Part shown: positions 24,671 through 34,463 of the stretch, one piece after another
How positions within the stretch are numbered: the stretch's first letter is position 1
Layout: each line of letters begins with the position of its first letter
DNA from: a virus
Strand: one strand, 5' to 3'
DNA: 64,000 bases
Virus record (IMG/VR): IMGVR_UViG_3300035660_000002
Span: 69,463 to 133,462 of that record
Notes under the pieces: model-generated
The model's database searches: none
What the model saw: the letters and a program-made list of their open reading frames with translations, nothing else
What the model was told of the DNA's origin: nothing
Position numbers and translations under genes: made by a program

Positions 24671-27600
24671 CTATTTTGTCGTTATCGTTCTTGACCCAAG
24701 TGTGTCAACCTGGTAATGGACACCTGCGGTCTCTATCAAACAGTCTCCGGCGTAGTCATCGGAAGCAGCGGCCACACGGTAAAGATTGAACATCAATTGG
24801 TCACCTACTAGATAATTAGTTCCCGTTATAGCACCAAAATCTGTCCTATAACATCTGTATCTTGTGTCTATCGCGACATCAGGAGAGTCTATCGTGGCAG
24901 CTGCCGCTAATGTAACGCCGTCTCTGCACACAACGTAAGTCAGCCTCCATTGGACATTATCCGTCCCACCCGCAGGAGCAGCAATACCTTGCCAATGAAC
25001 ATGGAAAACTAAGTTGGTCCCCTCAGCATAATCATGTTGTAATTCAAACCCACCTGAGACGTATTCATCTATGGCAAATGCATAAGTTCCTATCGTGGTA
25101 TCTGTTCCTATGCTATCTCTGAATGTATCTATTCCAGGGTAGCTCGACGCTGGTTTCGCTAATACATACCCCGCTATATTTAGATCTTTATAAACAGGGA
25201 CGTCTAATACGAGCGTCTTCGCAGCTCCACAATCTATCTGTAAATCTGAAGGAGCGACGAGAGAGGCATCTATCCTGCCTGCCGAACCCGTGTACTGGAT
25301 TGACATATCACTCCCTGTGCCAAGAGTGACTAACCCGCCGTCATCGAGGAAGATGTCATTTGCGACGTACAAGTCGTTTGTACACAGTTTACCGTTATAG
25401 GTAATGGTGCCAGTTAGGGTCGTGACTGCTCCAGTCAGCACACAGGCGGTCACGTCTACAACAGATCCGGTGTCCTGTTCTAATAGACCATTCATATTAG
25501 TTCCGGCTTCGATAGTACAGCTGTCTAGGTATATCAATGCATCCCCACCATAACTGTCTACTGTGTATCTATCGCTACCTGCTCCTGACAGTCCAATCGC
25601 ATACAGGTCACAATTATACACGTATCCAATAACATCGTTCGTAGCGCTTGAATCATAGACCTCTACACAGGATACTCCACTTGTTTGACCTGACCCACCA
25701 GCTACATATACTCTTGAGTCATATATATTAAGATAGGTTGCAGTTTCAGCTGAAGCAGCATTACCACACCAAACAGCGTTAGCTCCAGATGTTCCAACAG
25801 CAGCTGACATATATATGTAGGAGTCTCTAATGGTGATGTTTGTATCATAGGAATATATACCATAGTAGGTAGTAGCATCACCAGCACACACCAATGACGC
25901 ATCGACATGGTTTAATGTAAATGTTCCGACAGTACCGCCTGTAGAGTTAATGTTGAATAATTTGTTACCACCAGAACCTGCTGTTGTAGTTACACTCATC
26001 TCAGAGAGACTGACTGTAGCTCCTGGTGCTGCAATATCAAACATGTTCTTGCCAGCTGTAGCGCAGGTTACCGTAGTAACTCCAACTCCTTGACCTACTA
26101 TGTTAATGCCCTTAGCTATATCTATATCATCAGTGATAGTATACGTCCCGGATGCTAAGATCAGCGTGTCTCCCGCAGTCGCCGCAGCGACATACGCCTC
26201 GATGTCGCCACCTATCGGCACGTACGTGATGTTATTAGCGACTACGAGTGCGTAGGTGCCCTCATCCCAAGCCCAATTACCTGAAGAATCGACTGTCAGG
26301 AACCCGAGAGCAGCGGGGAGAGCAGCGGGGAGCGTATAAGTAATAGATCCGGGTGTTTGCGTCGTAGTATTGAATTGCGTATAATAATCGTTGTCGCCAT
26401 CTGACCAAAGTTTGAGGCTACCAGGAACGTTCGTAGAGCCTGCACCGACGTCTTTACCAGTCTCTAACATCGTGTAACTATGTAAAGTCGTGGTGTTCAT
26501 CGCCACGTATGGAGTGTTAAGAGCTCTGAACTCGAGCTGTGCCGCCAAAGCATTGAAATACCACCCCGTATTATCTAACCCCAGACCACTCTTATATCTG
26601 AACGCCCAAACGGATTGGATTGTTCCGAACTCTAACCCAACTGAGGCTGTAGGTATGTTATACTGTTGTGCATTAACCACTCCATTGGCAGTTAAATCTC
26701 CTCCTGTAATCTCCTTTAACGTTAACGTATCTAAGGTGAATGACTGCCCTGTAGTTAATGTAGAGGTAATAACAAAATCCGTTGGAGCTACCGCTGATTT
26801 GAAATACGTTGTATGTGTTCCTGCAGTTAACGTCAGAGCTGTTGCTGTCTCTGCAAAATCTGTGGTAATGGTAGCAACCTCAGTTCCCAACCCTACATCC
26901 GCAACAGTGTAGGTGAATGCATACCATCTAGAAGCAATGCCTGCAATATCCATGTCTCCAACAGCTTGCGTTAAAGTGGAGGCATTCCCTGAACTATATG
27001 CCCACTGGGCTTCATCATCAGCTAACGTACAATCTTCTGCATCTCCCCAATCTGTCCCTCCAGTTAAATTTGGATTCGTCAAACTCTCTGCAGCGAGAGT
27101 GGATCTATCAATAATCTCATAATCACATGAATTCTGGAAGAGATTCTCATCCTCCATCCACTTGATCTCACCATCGTTCGTCTCTCCATCGAAGAGAATA
27201 CGGTAATCTATTCCTGCTACTCCCGCTCCTATCGTCAAGGCTGTGGTTGCATTCGTTGCTAACAGCCCACCTGAGAACGTGGACGACGTTGATGTCGTAG
27301 CTCCTCTGGCAGTAACTGCGGCAAGTGTGTCAGCTTCTGCAAGGGTAGCAAATTCATAACCAGTGCCACCGCCATTCACTCTAAATGTTTGTCCTGGTGT
27401 GCCTATGCCTACCTGAGCAAGAGAAATTGTCGTATCTGCATACACGATACCATACTGTGTAAAGCTTGCCTTACCAGTTCCTCCCTTATTTACTGCCAAG
27501 GGATCAATAAGTCCGATAGTTATTGATCCGGCGGCATGTGTAACATCTATCTCATTGGCAGTCCCAACTATATCTTTGTACTCTAATGCTGTCGCTGTTG

Positions 27601-28726
27601 CATTAGATCCTATAACATAATTTGCAGTTCCCAGACTAACCAGTCCCCCTATTGAAGCAGTATTGCTTGAAAATGCTAGAGGAGATGTCCATGTATTCAC
27701 TCTTTTGGTATATGCATCGTTCCAATTCGTCGATCCGTCCGCGACTGCCGTGTAAACGCCTGCTCCTGTACATTTTACAAGGCCCGCGAGTGCATCCTCT
27801 GTAGTCTTATGAGAGTAAGCTGCGTTCCAACTCACAGAGCCGTCTGTCACCGATGAATACACACCGGCTCCGTTTACTTTGACTAATCCACTTATTGCGT
27901 CCTCTGTGGTTATGTGACCGTTCCAAGCTGTAGAGTTATCTGTCACTGCGGAGTAGGCACCGGCACCATTGACCTTGACTATGCCACTTATGGCATCTTC
28001 GGTCGTCTTGTGAGTGTATGCCAACCCCCAGTTCGTCTCCTGCGTAGTGGTAGGAATTACATACAGTGCGGTCAATGATAGCACTCCGGTACCGGAGGTG
28101 TACGTCAATCCTGTGGCAGTACATGAAATTGCAGCTCGTGCCTTAGCATCCGTATAAAACTTGTTTACCGCTCCATCCGGCATATCATCCGCATCTACCT
28201 GCCCGGCCCCTGATCCCCAATCTATCATTGTGTCTTTTATCGCATCACTGCCAATAGATATAGTCACATTGCCTGCGGGCACTCCGCTATCGGTTACTGT
28301 GATCCCAGCTCCTTGTGCCAATAACCTATCATCAAGTAATGCAGCGTGGTGAGTCATTACTAAGTACTGTGCATCAGTCGGCGCGCCAGATCCCGCAGCT
28401 GCCGTCAGGTCATATTCCACACCTGCCTGCGTCTTAAAATACACCTTATGATCCGATGACTTGACATACAGTTTGCCGTAGCCTGTTGTAAGAGCCGGTG
28501 CCGTTGTTTCCCCAAGCGCTGTGACGCCCTCCACAGTAAATCTGTCATTGCCTGCGTCAGATGGTTTGACTCCCACACCGACGTTTCCGGCAGTCTCGTA
28601 CAAGTCATTGTTTTCTTTAGACCAGTGCTCGGTCGATGTCTTTCCTGTCCATGCCGATCCTGCATACCCCGCTACTGGCTGGAGTACCATTGCGACAATA
28701 GCAATTATGCATAATAGTTTTTTCAT
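24671..28726 (-). CDS. Large fibre/tailspike-like protein with signal peptide and pectin-lyase-like beta helix, 1351 aa
   Basis: Signal MKKLLCIIAIVAMVLQPVAGYA; three TTEDA.SG.VK..GAG.Y..V.D.S..WN repeats; GDIEAYVAAATAGDTLILASGTYTI beta-helix cap. Confidence 0.75.
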   Translation of the reverse strand: MKKLLCIIAIVAMVLQPVAGYAGSAWTGKTSTEHWSKENNDLYETAGNVGVGVKPSDAGNDRFTVEGVTALGETTAPALTTGYGKLYVKSSDHKVYFKTQAGVEYDLTAAAGSGAPTDAQYLVMTHHAALLDDRLLAQGAGITVTDSGVPAGNVTISIGSDAIKDTMIDWGSGAGQVDADDMPDGAVNKFYTDAKARAAISCTATGLTYTSGTGVLSLTALYVIPTTTQETNWGLAYTHKTTEDAISGIVKVNGAGAYSAVTDNSTAWNGHITTEDAISGLVKVNGAGVYSSVTDGSVSWNAAYSHKTTEDALAGLVKCTGAGVYTAVADGSTNWNDAYTKRVNTWTSPLAFSSNTASIGGLVSLGTANYVIGSNATATALEYKDIVGTANEIDVTHAAGSITIGLIDPLAVNKGGTGKASFTQYGIVYADTTISLAQVGIGTPGQTFRVNGGGTGYEFATLAEADTLAAVTARGATTSTSSTFSGGLLATNATTALTIGAGVAGIDYRILFDGETNDGEIKWMEDENLFQNSCDYEIIDRSTLAAESLTNPNLTGGTDWGDAEDCTLADDEAQWAYSSGNASTLTQAVGDMDIAGIASRWYAFTYTVADVGLGTEVATITTDFAETATALTLTAGTHTTYFKSAVAPTDFVITSTLTTGQSFTLDTLTLKEITGGDLTANGVVNAQQYNIPTASVGLEFGTIQSVWAFRYKSGLGLDNTGWYFNALAAQLEFRALNTPYVAMNTTTLHSYTMLETGKDVGAGSTNVPGSLKLWSDGDNDYYTQFNTTTQTPGSITYTLPAALPAALGFLTVDSSGNWAWDEGTYALVVANNITYVPIGGDIEAYVAAATAGDTLILASGTYTITDDIDIAKGINIVGQGVGVTTVTCATAGKNMFDIAAPGATVSLSEMSVTTTAGSGGNKLFNINSTGGTVGTFTLNHVDASLVCAGDATTYYGIYSYDTNITIRDSYIYMSAAVGTSGANAVWCGNAASAETATYLNIYDSRVYVAGGSGQTSGVSCVEVYDSSATNDVIGYVYNCDLYAIGLSGAGSDRYTVDSYGGDALIYLDSCTIEAGTNMNGLLEQDTGSVVDVTACVLTGAVTTLTGTITYNGKLCTNDLYVANDIFLDDGGLVTLGTGSDMSIQYTGSAGRIDASLVAPSDLQIDCGAAKTLVLDVPVYKDLNIAGYVLAKPASSYPGIDTFRDSIGTDTTIGTYAFAIDEYVSGGFELQHDYAEGTNLVFHVHWQGIAAPAGGTDNVQWRLTYVVCRDGVTLAAAATIDSPDVAIDTRYRCYRTDFGAITGTNYLVGDQLMFNLYRVAAASDDYAGDCLIETAGVHYQVDTLGSRTITTK
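27715..28035 (-). repeat. Three imperfect in-frame repeats (about 90-99 nt) inside the 1351-aa gene
   Basis: HKTTEDAISGIVKVNGAGAYSAVTDNSTAWN / HITTEDAISGLVKVNGAGVYSSVTDGSVSWN / HKTTEDALAGLVKCTGAGVYTAVADGSTNWN; bounds approximate. Confidence 0.75.
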
Positions 28727-28738
28727 CGTAATCCTCCG

Positions 28739-29062
28739 TTAAGACGAATATTGCGCGTTCTTTAGATTGAACCATCCTTTGGCATTGGCCCCCGGTTGAC
28801 CTATGCCTATAAATATATAATACTTTGTGGTGTCGATAGCATACCAGTGCTGACCCGCTATAGGATTTGCAGGAAACTGATCTGGAGTCTCGGTTCCAGA
28901 GTTAGATCGTAGCCTGCTTACCTCAACACCTGCATCTGTAGTTTTCTCCTGTATCGTATCTGTGTATGTTGTTCTTGGATGATTAACTTTGATGCTTCCT
29001 ACTGTGATGATCTCGTCTTCGCATGCCCAGTTTATGATCTTGGCTATAAATTTCTTTATCAT
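28739..29062 (-). CDS. Small virion-type protein, 107 aa; paralog of 38711-38914
   Basis: ATGA overlap at 29059-29062; C-term YYIFIGIGQPGANAKGWFNLKNAQYSS. Confidence 0.65.
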   Translation of the reverse strand: MIKKFIAKIINWACEDEIITVGSIKVNHPRTTYTDTIQEKTTDAGVEVSRLRSNSGTETPDQFPANPIAGQHWYAIDTTKYYIFIGIGQPGANAKGWFNLKNAQYSS

Positions 29063-31146
29063 TTTATCTCCTCCACCGCAAATTTGAATTTCTTTCCATC
29101 GGGGGATATAAGGATAATCCCGTTCGGACCATCCCAGTCTTCCTTTATTACCCAGTCGTTCATCATCTTGATATCGCCTGTATGTATATTCACACAGTAA
29201 ATATCCGCCCATCTTATGGCGGTGTCACCAAGCTTGCCCGAGTTGTCCCCTCCATTCGGATTGATGTTGACTGCTGTCAATGTGTCTGTCCCGGGTATGT
29301 AAGTGAATGTATTCTCGCCTCCGAATGCGGTGCCGCCGCTATTGTATTGAACATAAGTGTCGGCTCCGCCCGGAGGAGTTACTACGGTAGCCCAAGCTAA
29401 CACTGCGGATCCATTCGTAGTCAGAGCCTGCCCTGTTGTGCCGTCAGCGACCGGCAAAGTATAAGCTGTGTCAGCTGTCTGCGATGCCGAGGGGGTCAAG
29501 GATACAAAACGGTCTGTACCTCCATTCTCGGAATACAACTTGAGAGACCCCGACAGCGTATTTTTACCAAGGAGCAACTGCTGCGTTCCAGTCGTAAATG
29601 TAAAGCCCGCATCTGCTCCAAAAGCGCCTGAATTATTAAACTGCACTTGCGTGTCCGACCCGGCTACACCAACAGATCCTCCTGCTACCCATGACATAAC
29701 ACCGCCTGTGGTAGACTGTAGAAAGCCGCTACTGCCTACCGGCATAGCTGTCGGCAGTGTGTAGGTAGCAGTCGCGCTCTGTGTACCTGCCGTTAACTCT
29801 GTATAATATGCGTTATTCCCCGCACTCCATAGTTTCATCTCCCCTGCAATGTTGGGTGTGGCGGGAGTCTCGTCTTTACCTAGCTCTATAGCATTTACAC
29901 ACTGGAAATACACAGTCGTAGGCGTAGTTGCGCCTCTACCTGTTACAGACTGTAATGTAGACGTGTCTGCTATTGTAGTTATCCCAACCCCTGGAGTTAC
30001 CGATATGTCCGTTCCGGCAGTCAATACTTTCTCGTTAGGCAACGATCCCGACACACTCGATACCACAAATTCGGGAGACGCCGGAGCCACATCTACACCG
30101 ATCCCCATACCACGCCAATTATGAAAGTACCCCACTGTCGTTGTTCCTGCTATCAGTAGAGGTTTATTGATGTATCCTACAGTTACCGGAGCTGTCGCTG
30201 TCAAAGCTCCGGCAGTTGCTCCACTCAAGAAGTGAACAGCTCCTGGAGTAAGTCCTACAAGTCCTGAAACGTTTCCTTCTACTGCTAACCAGAAGTTATC
30301 CGGGTCCACAATAATGGCTACAATGCCCACAACTTCTGCGTTTGTTTCGGTATCTGCTTTCGCTTTAACGAAAAGACTTGTACCGGCATCCCATCGTAAA
30401 ACGTCCCCAATAGCAAAACCATGTAACGTTTGTGCGACAAGTTTGTAAACTGTTGAGAATGGAACAGTAGTTGCAGGATTCGCCCACTCCATTGCAGTGC
30501 CATTCCACCTGATGTAGTAGTTCGTTAGGGCGCTGTTGTTCATAGCCAACTTAGGTTCTGTGACACTATCATCTGCCAACTGGGCTGTATCCACCCCCAG
30601 AGCCTTGATTCGTAAAGTATCCGTATTAGTCTCTAAAGTTGTTCCATCAACATTAACCGTAAGAGCATTGGTGCCCCCCGCAAGAGAAAGACCGTCCCCA
30701 GCAGTATCTGCATTGAGCTTCAGTGCTGTTATCCCGCTATCCTTGACTCGTAGTGTGTCAGTATTGATCTCTATAGTAGAATCATCGACGTTGACGTAAA
30801 GATTAAGTCTCTCATCTCCTCCCGGAACCAGAGTCGCTTTCGACAACCCATCTCCTGCCAGTAGTTTGGTGTTTAGGTACCCCGAGGTCGTGTCTGCTAC
30901 GGTAACTCTCACATATTTATCACCTCCGCTGGCTATAAGAGCCCATGCGGCGCCTGTCCATTGATATAAGGAATCTGTGTCTCTGACGAGATGCATATCC
31001 CCCACTTGATTTCCGATAGCAGGAAGAGAGGCATAGGTTGCCACAGGAGATCTCCAGTGTTTATCCGCCATGCCTGCCTGTTCCGCAAGACACAGGCTTG
31101 TCATAAAACTCGTCAACATTACGAAAATTAGAGCAATTCTTCTCAT
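29059..31146 (-). CDS. Fibre-like protein with signal peptide, 695 aa
   Basis: Signal MRRIALIFVMLTSFMTSLCLA; HWRSPVATYASLP..GN.VGD module; DTQVQFNNSGAFG repeats; C-term LG....RWADIY motif. Confidence 0.7.
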   Translation of the reverse strand: MRRIALIFVMLTSFMTSLCLAEQAGMADKHWRSPVATYASLPAIGNQVGDMHLVRDTDSLYQWTGAAWALIASGGDKYVRVTVADTTSGYLNTKLLAGDGLSKATLVPGGDERLNLYVNVDDSTIEINTDTLRVKDSGITALKLNADTAGDGLSLAGGTNALTVNVDGTTLETNTDTLRIKALGVDTAQLADDSVTEPKLAMNNSALTNYYIRWNGTAMEWANPATTVPFSTVYKLVAQTLHGFAIGDVLRWDAGTSLFVKAKADTETNAEVVGIVAIIVDPDNFWLAVEGNVSGLVGLTPGAVHFLSGATAGALTATAPVTVGYINKPLLIAGTTTVGYFHNWRGMGIGVDVAPASPEFVVSSVSGSLPNEKVLTAGTDISVTPGVGITTIADTSTLQSVTGRGATTPTTVYFQCVNAIELGKDETPATPNIAGEMKLWSAGNNAYYTELTAGTQSATATYTLPTAMPVGSSGFLQSTTGGVMSWVAGGSVGVAGSDTQVQFNNSGAFGADAGFTFTTGTQQLLLGKNTLSGSLKLYSENGGTDRFVSLTPSASQTADTAYTLPVADGTTGQALTTNGSAVLAWATVVTPPGGADTYVQYNSGGTAFGGENTFTYIPGTDTLTAVNINPNGGDNSGKLGDTAIRWADIYCVNIHTGDIKMMNDWVIKEDWDGPNGIILISPDGKKFKFAVEEIK

Positions 31147-32102
31147 TTTAATACCTCCGATGTATGAACATCTCTCTTGCCCTGTACCATCTTTCTTATC
31201 GGACAAATACAGTTAATTCTATTGTCCTCAAATTCTTCTGACCCTATGATTTCCTCCAGAGAGTAACAGTGCAGATCGCCCATGATCTTGCTATAAGGTA
31301 AGCAACAAGAGAGCACAGTCCCGTTCTCCTGTATTTTCAGTATACCCACAGTATTATGACAATATTTGCTTGGAGCAATCTTCCTCCATAACTTATATAT
31401 AGCATGAAAGGTGCCAGGTATCTGTAGTAATGGCCTGTGGTAGAACCCTAAGAAAGCACTCACATCTGCGTTATGCTTCACCAAGAATATCCTATCCAGA
31501 TACTCAGTATCCTTTGGTGGCTTATCAAGTTTATATGGCTTCTCAAGATTCTTGAGGAACTGGAACTCCTGGAACTTCACGGCATCTACGCCCAGCTCAT
31601 CAGCTAAGTTCATAATTGCTTCCATATTGTAGAAGTTATAGTTGCTGACAGTAGTTTGGATAGTCACCCTCTTGCCACAGCTCTTGAAATACTTGATGTT
31701 GTCTATAATACAGTCAAAGAAACAGTTGGGTCTCAGGAACTCCTGGAGATCCTTGTTGGCTGCGTCCAGGGATATCACAAACTCAACATTCATATCTTTG
31801 AGTATCTCACGGTGCCTATCAGATATATCTGAGAAGTTACTGGTAATCAGAGTCTTGAAATGATACTTCTTTATGTCCTCGAAGACCGTCTCAATACGGG
31901 AATACATAAGTACTTCACCACCACCAGCCAAGTCCAAGATGTCAATGGTTGGGAATACCTTATCACGAATACCGATATAGGTCACTTCGTCCAGCTCGAA
32001 CCTGCTGTGTTGCTCTTGATTAGAGTGCCAGCACATAAGACATTTGCCGGGACAACGATTGGTCAGACCCAACATCAGCGTTTTAATTTCCTTTAACTGC
32101 AT
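31143..32102 (-). CDS. Radical SAM protein with SPASM/Twitch-like C-terminus
   Basis: CPGKCLMC; LAGGGEVL; ISLDAA; YCHN...IQENGTVLSCC...MGDL...CIC. Confidence 0.9.
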   Translation of the reverse strand: MQLKEIKTLMLGLTNRCPGKCLMCWHSNQEQHSRFELDEVTYIGIRDKVFPTIDILDLAGGGEVLMYSRIETVFEDIKKYHFKTLITSNFSDISDRHREILKDMNVEFVISLDAANKDLQEFLRPNCFFDCIIDNIKYFKSCGKRVTIQTTVSNYNFYNMEAIMNLADELGVDAVKFQEFQFLKNLEKPYKLDKPPKDTEYLDRIFLVKHNADVSAFLGFYHRPLLQIPGTFHAIYKLWRKIAPSKYCHNTVGILKIQENGTVLSCCLPYSKIMGDLHCYSLEEIIGSEEFEDNRINCICPIRKMVQGKRDVHTSEVLK

Positions 32103-33081
32103 GAGTTTCCCTCTTTGATATCTTGCACGAACATACACGACGTATTCTGTCGTACCGGTCGTTATCCATTATCTGCTCCAGAGTATTCTCACTCAGGTTG
32201 CCTATCGCCTTACACTCGTGACAGGAACAGAAATAAATCTGCCCATCAACATCCACCTTTATAAAGCTACGGGATATGGGACAGTATTCTTTACGCCTCA
32301 TCATAGCCCAGAGGTTTGCTATCTTTACCTTAGTTCCTGCTCCTAAGGCGGTAAGAGGATCCATGACACAGTAGACTGCTCTCATTGGGCTGATAAGAGC
32401 AGAGGTTCTTCGGTGGTAGTCCAACCATAGATCATAGTTAATCTTGTAGTGACCATGAACTAAATTATGGATATATTCCCTATCCACCGGGGGAGCCTCA
32501 AACTTAAGGGGCCTGTCGAGGCACTCCAAGTACTGGGCTCCATGAAATATGATACCCTCTACCCCCAGCTTCTCGCCTAGCTTCATCATCCGTTGCATAT
32601 CATAGAAGTTATAGTTGCTTATGGTCATACGTATCGTGACCCTCTTCTTGTTCTTCACAAAGAAGGAGATATTCTCGAGTACCTTTTCATAGTTACATTG
32701 TGGCCTCATAAACTCTTGTAGTGCCTTGGTAGAACCATCAAGAGAGACTATGAAACGTACGTCTGCGCTCACCATAAACTCACGCTGTCTATTGGTGATA
32801 ACAGAGAAGTTGCTCTCAATTGTAGTCTTAAAGTCATACTTCTTCATATCGTAAAGAACCTCATCTATATACTTACAGGCAAAGGCCTCTCCCCCAGACA
32901 GTAGGTCTAAAATATTAAGTTTGGGAAACACCTTGTTCCTCAGCTCTTCATATATCCTATGATCCAAATCGATTATGCTTGGTAAAGTCTCAGGTTCATT
33001 GGAATGCCAACAGGTGCGACAGTGACTATTGCACCTATTGGTTAGACCTAGCTTGAGATATCTGACTGAATCCACCTTCAT
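32083..33081 (-). CDS. Radical SAM protein with SPASM/Twitch-like C-terminus (paralog of the adjacent gene)
   Basis: CNSHCRTC; LSGGEAF; VSLDGS; YCP...VDVDGQIYFCSC...IGNL...CSC. Confidence 0.9.
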   Translation of the reverse strand: MKVDSVRYLKLGLTNRCNSHCRTCWHSNEPETLPSIIDLDHRIYEELRNKVFPKLNILDLLSGGEAFACKYIDEVLYDMKKYDFKTTIESNFSVITNRQREFMVSADVRFIVSLDGSTKALQEFMRPQCNYEKVLENISFFVKNKKRVTIRMTISNYNFYDMQRMMKLGEKLGVEGIIFHGAQYLECLDRPLKFEAPPVDREYIHNLVHGHYKINYDLWLDYHRRTSALISPMRAVYCVMDPLTALGAGTKVKIANLWAMMRRKEYCPISRSFIKVDVDGQIYFCSCHECKAIGNLSENTLEQIMDNDRYDRIRRVCSCKISKRETHAVKGN

Positions 33082-34463
33082 ACCATCACCGCTTGTATTA
33101 AATCTCTATATTTTATAACACCATGACGATCAACCAAATGGCTACAGTATTTCTGTACTATTTCATGCAACTCCTCTACTCTAAACTCCTCGGAAGCCAA
33201 GGGATATAGAACGGGATGTAGCTCCTCAAGTGTCCAGTCTTTGCCTAAGAACTCACGCGCATACTCAAACTCCTGAGTCTTTGGCACGGGAGTAAACATT
33301 AGAACCACAGGTAACGCCCCCGCGTCCTCGACTATCTGTATAGTCTCACAGGCTTCCTCATATGTTTGTCCTAAACAACCTATCATAACGAAGGAGTTCA
33401 GGACCAAGCTCTTTTTAAGAGACCCTATTTTTGTCTTCCAAAACTCTGCGTCTAAGCGCCTATGCCACCTTGTTAACAGCTTCTCAGATGAACTCTCAAT
33501 CGGCACTCCAATACTACGAAATCCTGCTTCATGCATCAGCTCTAATATCTCGGTGGTCAGAGGCTGCGGATCTAGCCCCCCATATGCTTTCAGGTAGAAC
33601 TTTAGATTCCTCTTCACGATACCCTCAAGGATTACCTTGAAGTGCTTCTCATAGTTTACAAGGAAATTGGAATCCAGGAACTCTATCTCTTTAATTCCAT
33701 TAGCATAATAATACTCGAGCTCATCCAATACATCCATAGGATCGCGCCGTATATGCTCATGTCCCTCTACCACAGGAACCGCACAATACCCACAACTATT
33801 GGGACATCCTAGTGCTGTAAGTATCCCCACCAAACAGGGGTGCTCTTCATATAATGAAAGGTCTATGCGAGTAAAATCATCCTCGCACCCTTTTGACTTG
33901 GTTACTACTTTATCCGCACCCAACTTCTGGGCGTGCTCTGTGCATAGTGTAGGATATAGACCACCTATCCATATTTCTGCCGAGGAGAAGTTCTCCCTTG
34001 TGGCATCTATGGTTTCTTTAACCCCCTCCCATAGGTATGTGAATGCTTGGGATATGACCACCACATCTGGCTGAAATTCCAACAATTTCTTCACATATGA
34101 GGATAACGGTCGGCCTATACGCACAAGTTGACGGGTAAAGTGCTCCTTCTCCCAATTTCCACACTTTCTCTCCCCCATGGGAGTGAGTATCTTTTCACCC
34201 TTATAGTATAACTCCCCGTCCACCAACTCCCATATATTCTTACAGTTCCAGATTGACTCTCTTCCTTTATTGCACTCCTCAAAGGTCTTGTAGTTATCAC
34301 CCCGGCAGCGATACCCAGGAAGATCAGGTCTTATGTTAAACACAGCAACCTCGTGCCCCTGCTTCTTGTACATAGAAGCTATACGGTAGGTGGGAATCAT
34401 AGTTGCTCTACTTACCATCTCGGTATAGCCAAACTCTGCGGGGTAAACAACTAATATTTTCAT
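33078..34463 (-). CDS. B12-binding radical SAM protein (class B methyltransferase-like)
   Basis: N-terminal cobalamin-binding domain (PDVVVIS...IWIGGLYPT); GCPNSCGYC; FLDSNF; IGVPIESSS; FVMIGCLGQT. Confidence 0.88.
   Translation of the reverse strand: MKILVVYPAEFGYTEMVSRATMIPTYRIASMYKKQGHEVAVFNIRPDLPGYRCRGDNYKTFEECNKGRESIWNCKNIWELVDGELYYKGEKILTPMGERKCGNWEKEHFTRQLVRIGRPLSSYVKKLLEFQPDVVVISQAFTYLWEGVKETIDATRENFSSAEIWIGGLYPTLCTEHAQKLGADKVVTKSKGCEDDFTRIDLSLYEEHPCLVGILTALGCPNSCGYCAVPVVEGHEHIRRDPMDVLDELEYYYANGIKEIEFLDSNFLVNYEKHFKVILEGIVKRNLKFYLKAYGGLDPQPLTTEILELMHEAGFRSIGVPIESSSEKLLTRWHRRLDAEFWKTKIGSLKKSLVLNSFVMIGCLGQTYEEACETIQIVEDAGALPVVLMFTPVPKTQEFEYAREFLGKDWTLEELHPVLYPLASEEFRVEELHEIVQKYCSHLVDRHGVIKYRDLIQAVMV

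Noticed and set aside
10424-31146. Diversity-generating retroelement or invertase-driven fibre switching
   Set aside because: No reverse transcriptase or recombinase gene, and no adenine-variable template/variable repeat pair was noticed.
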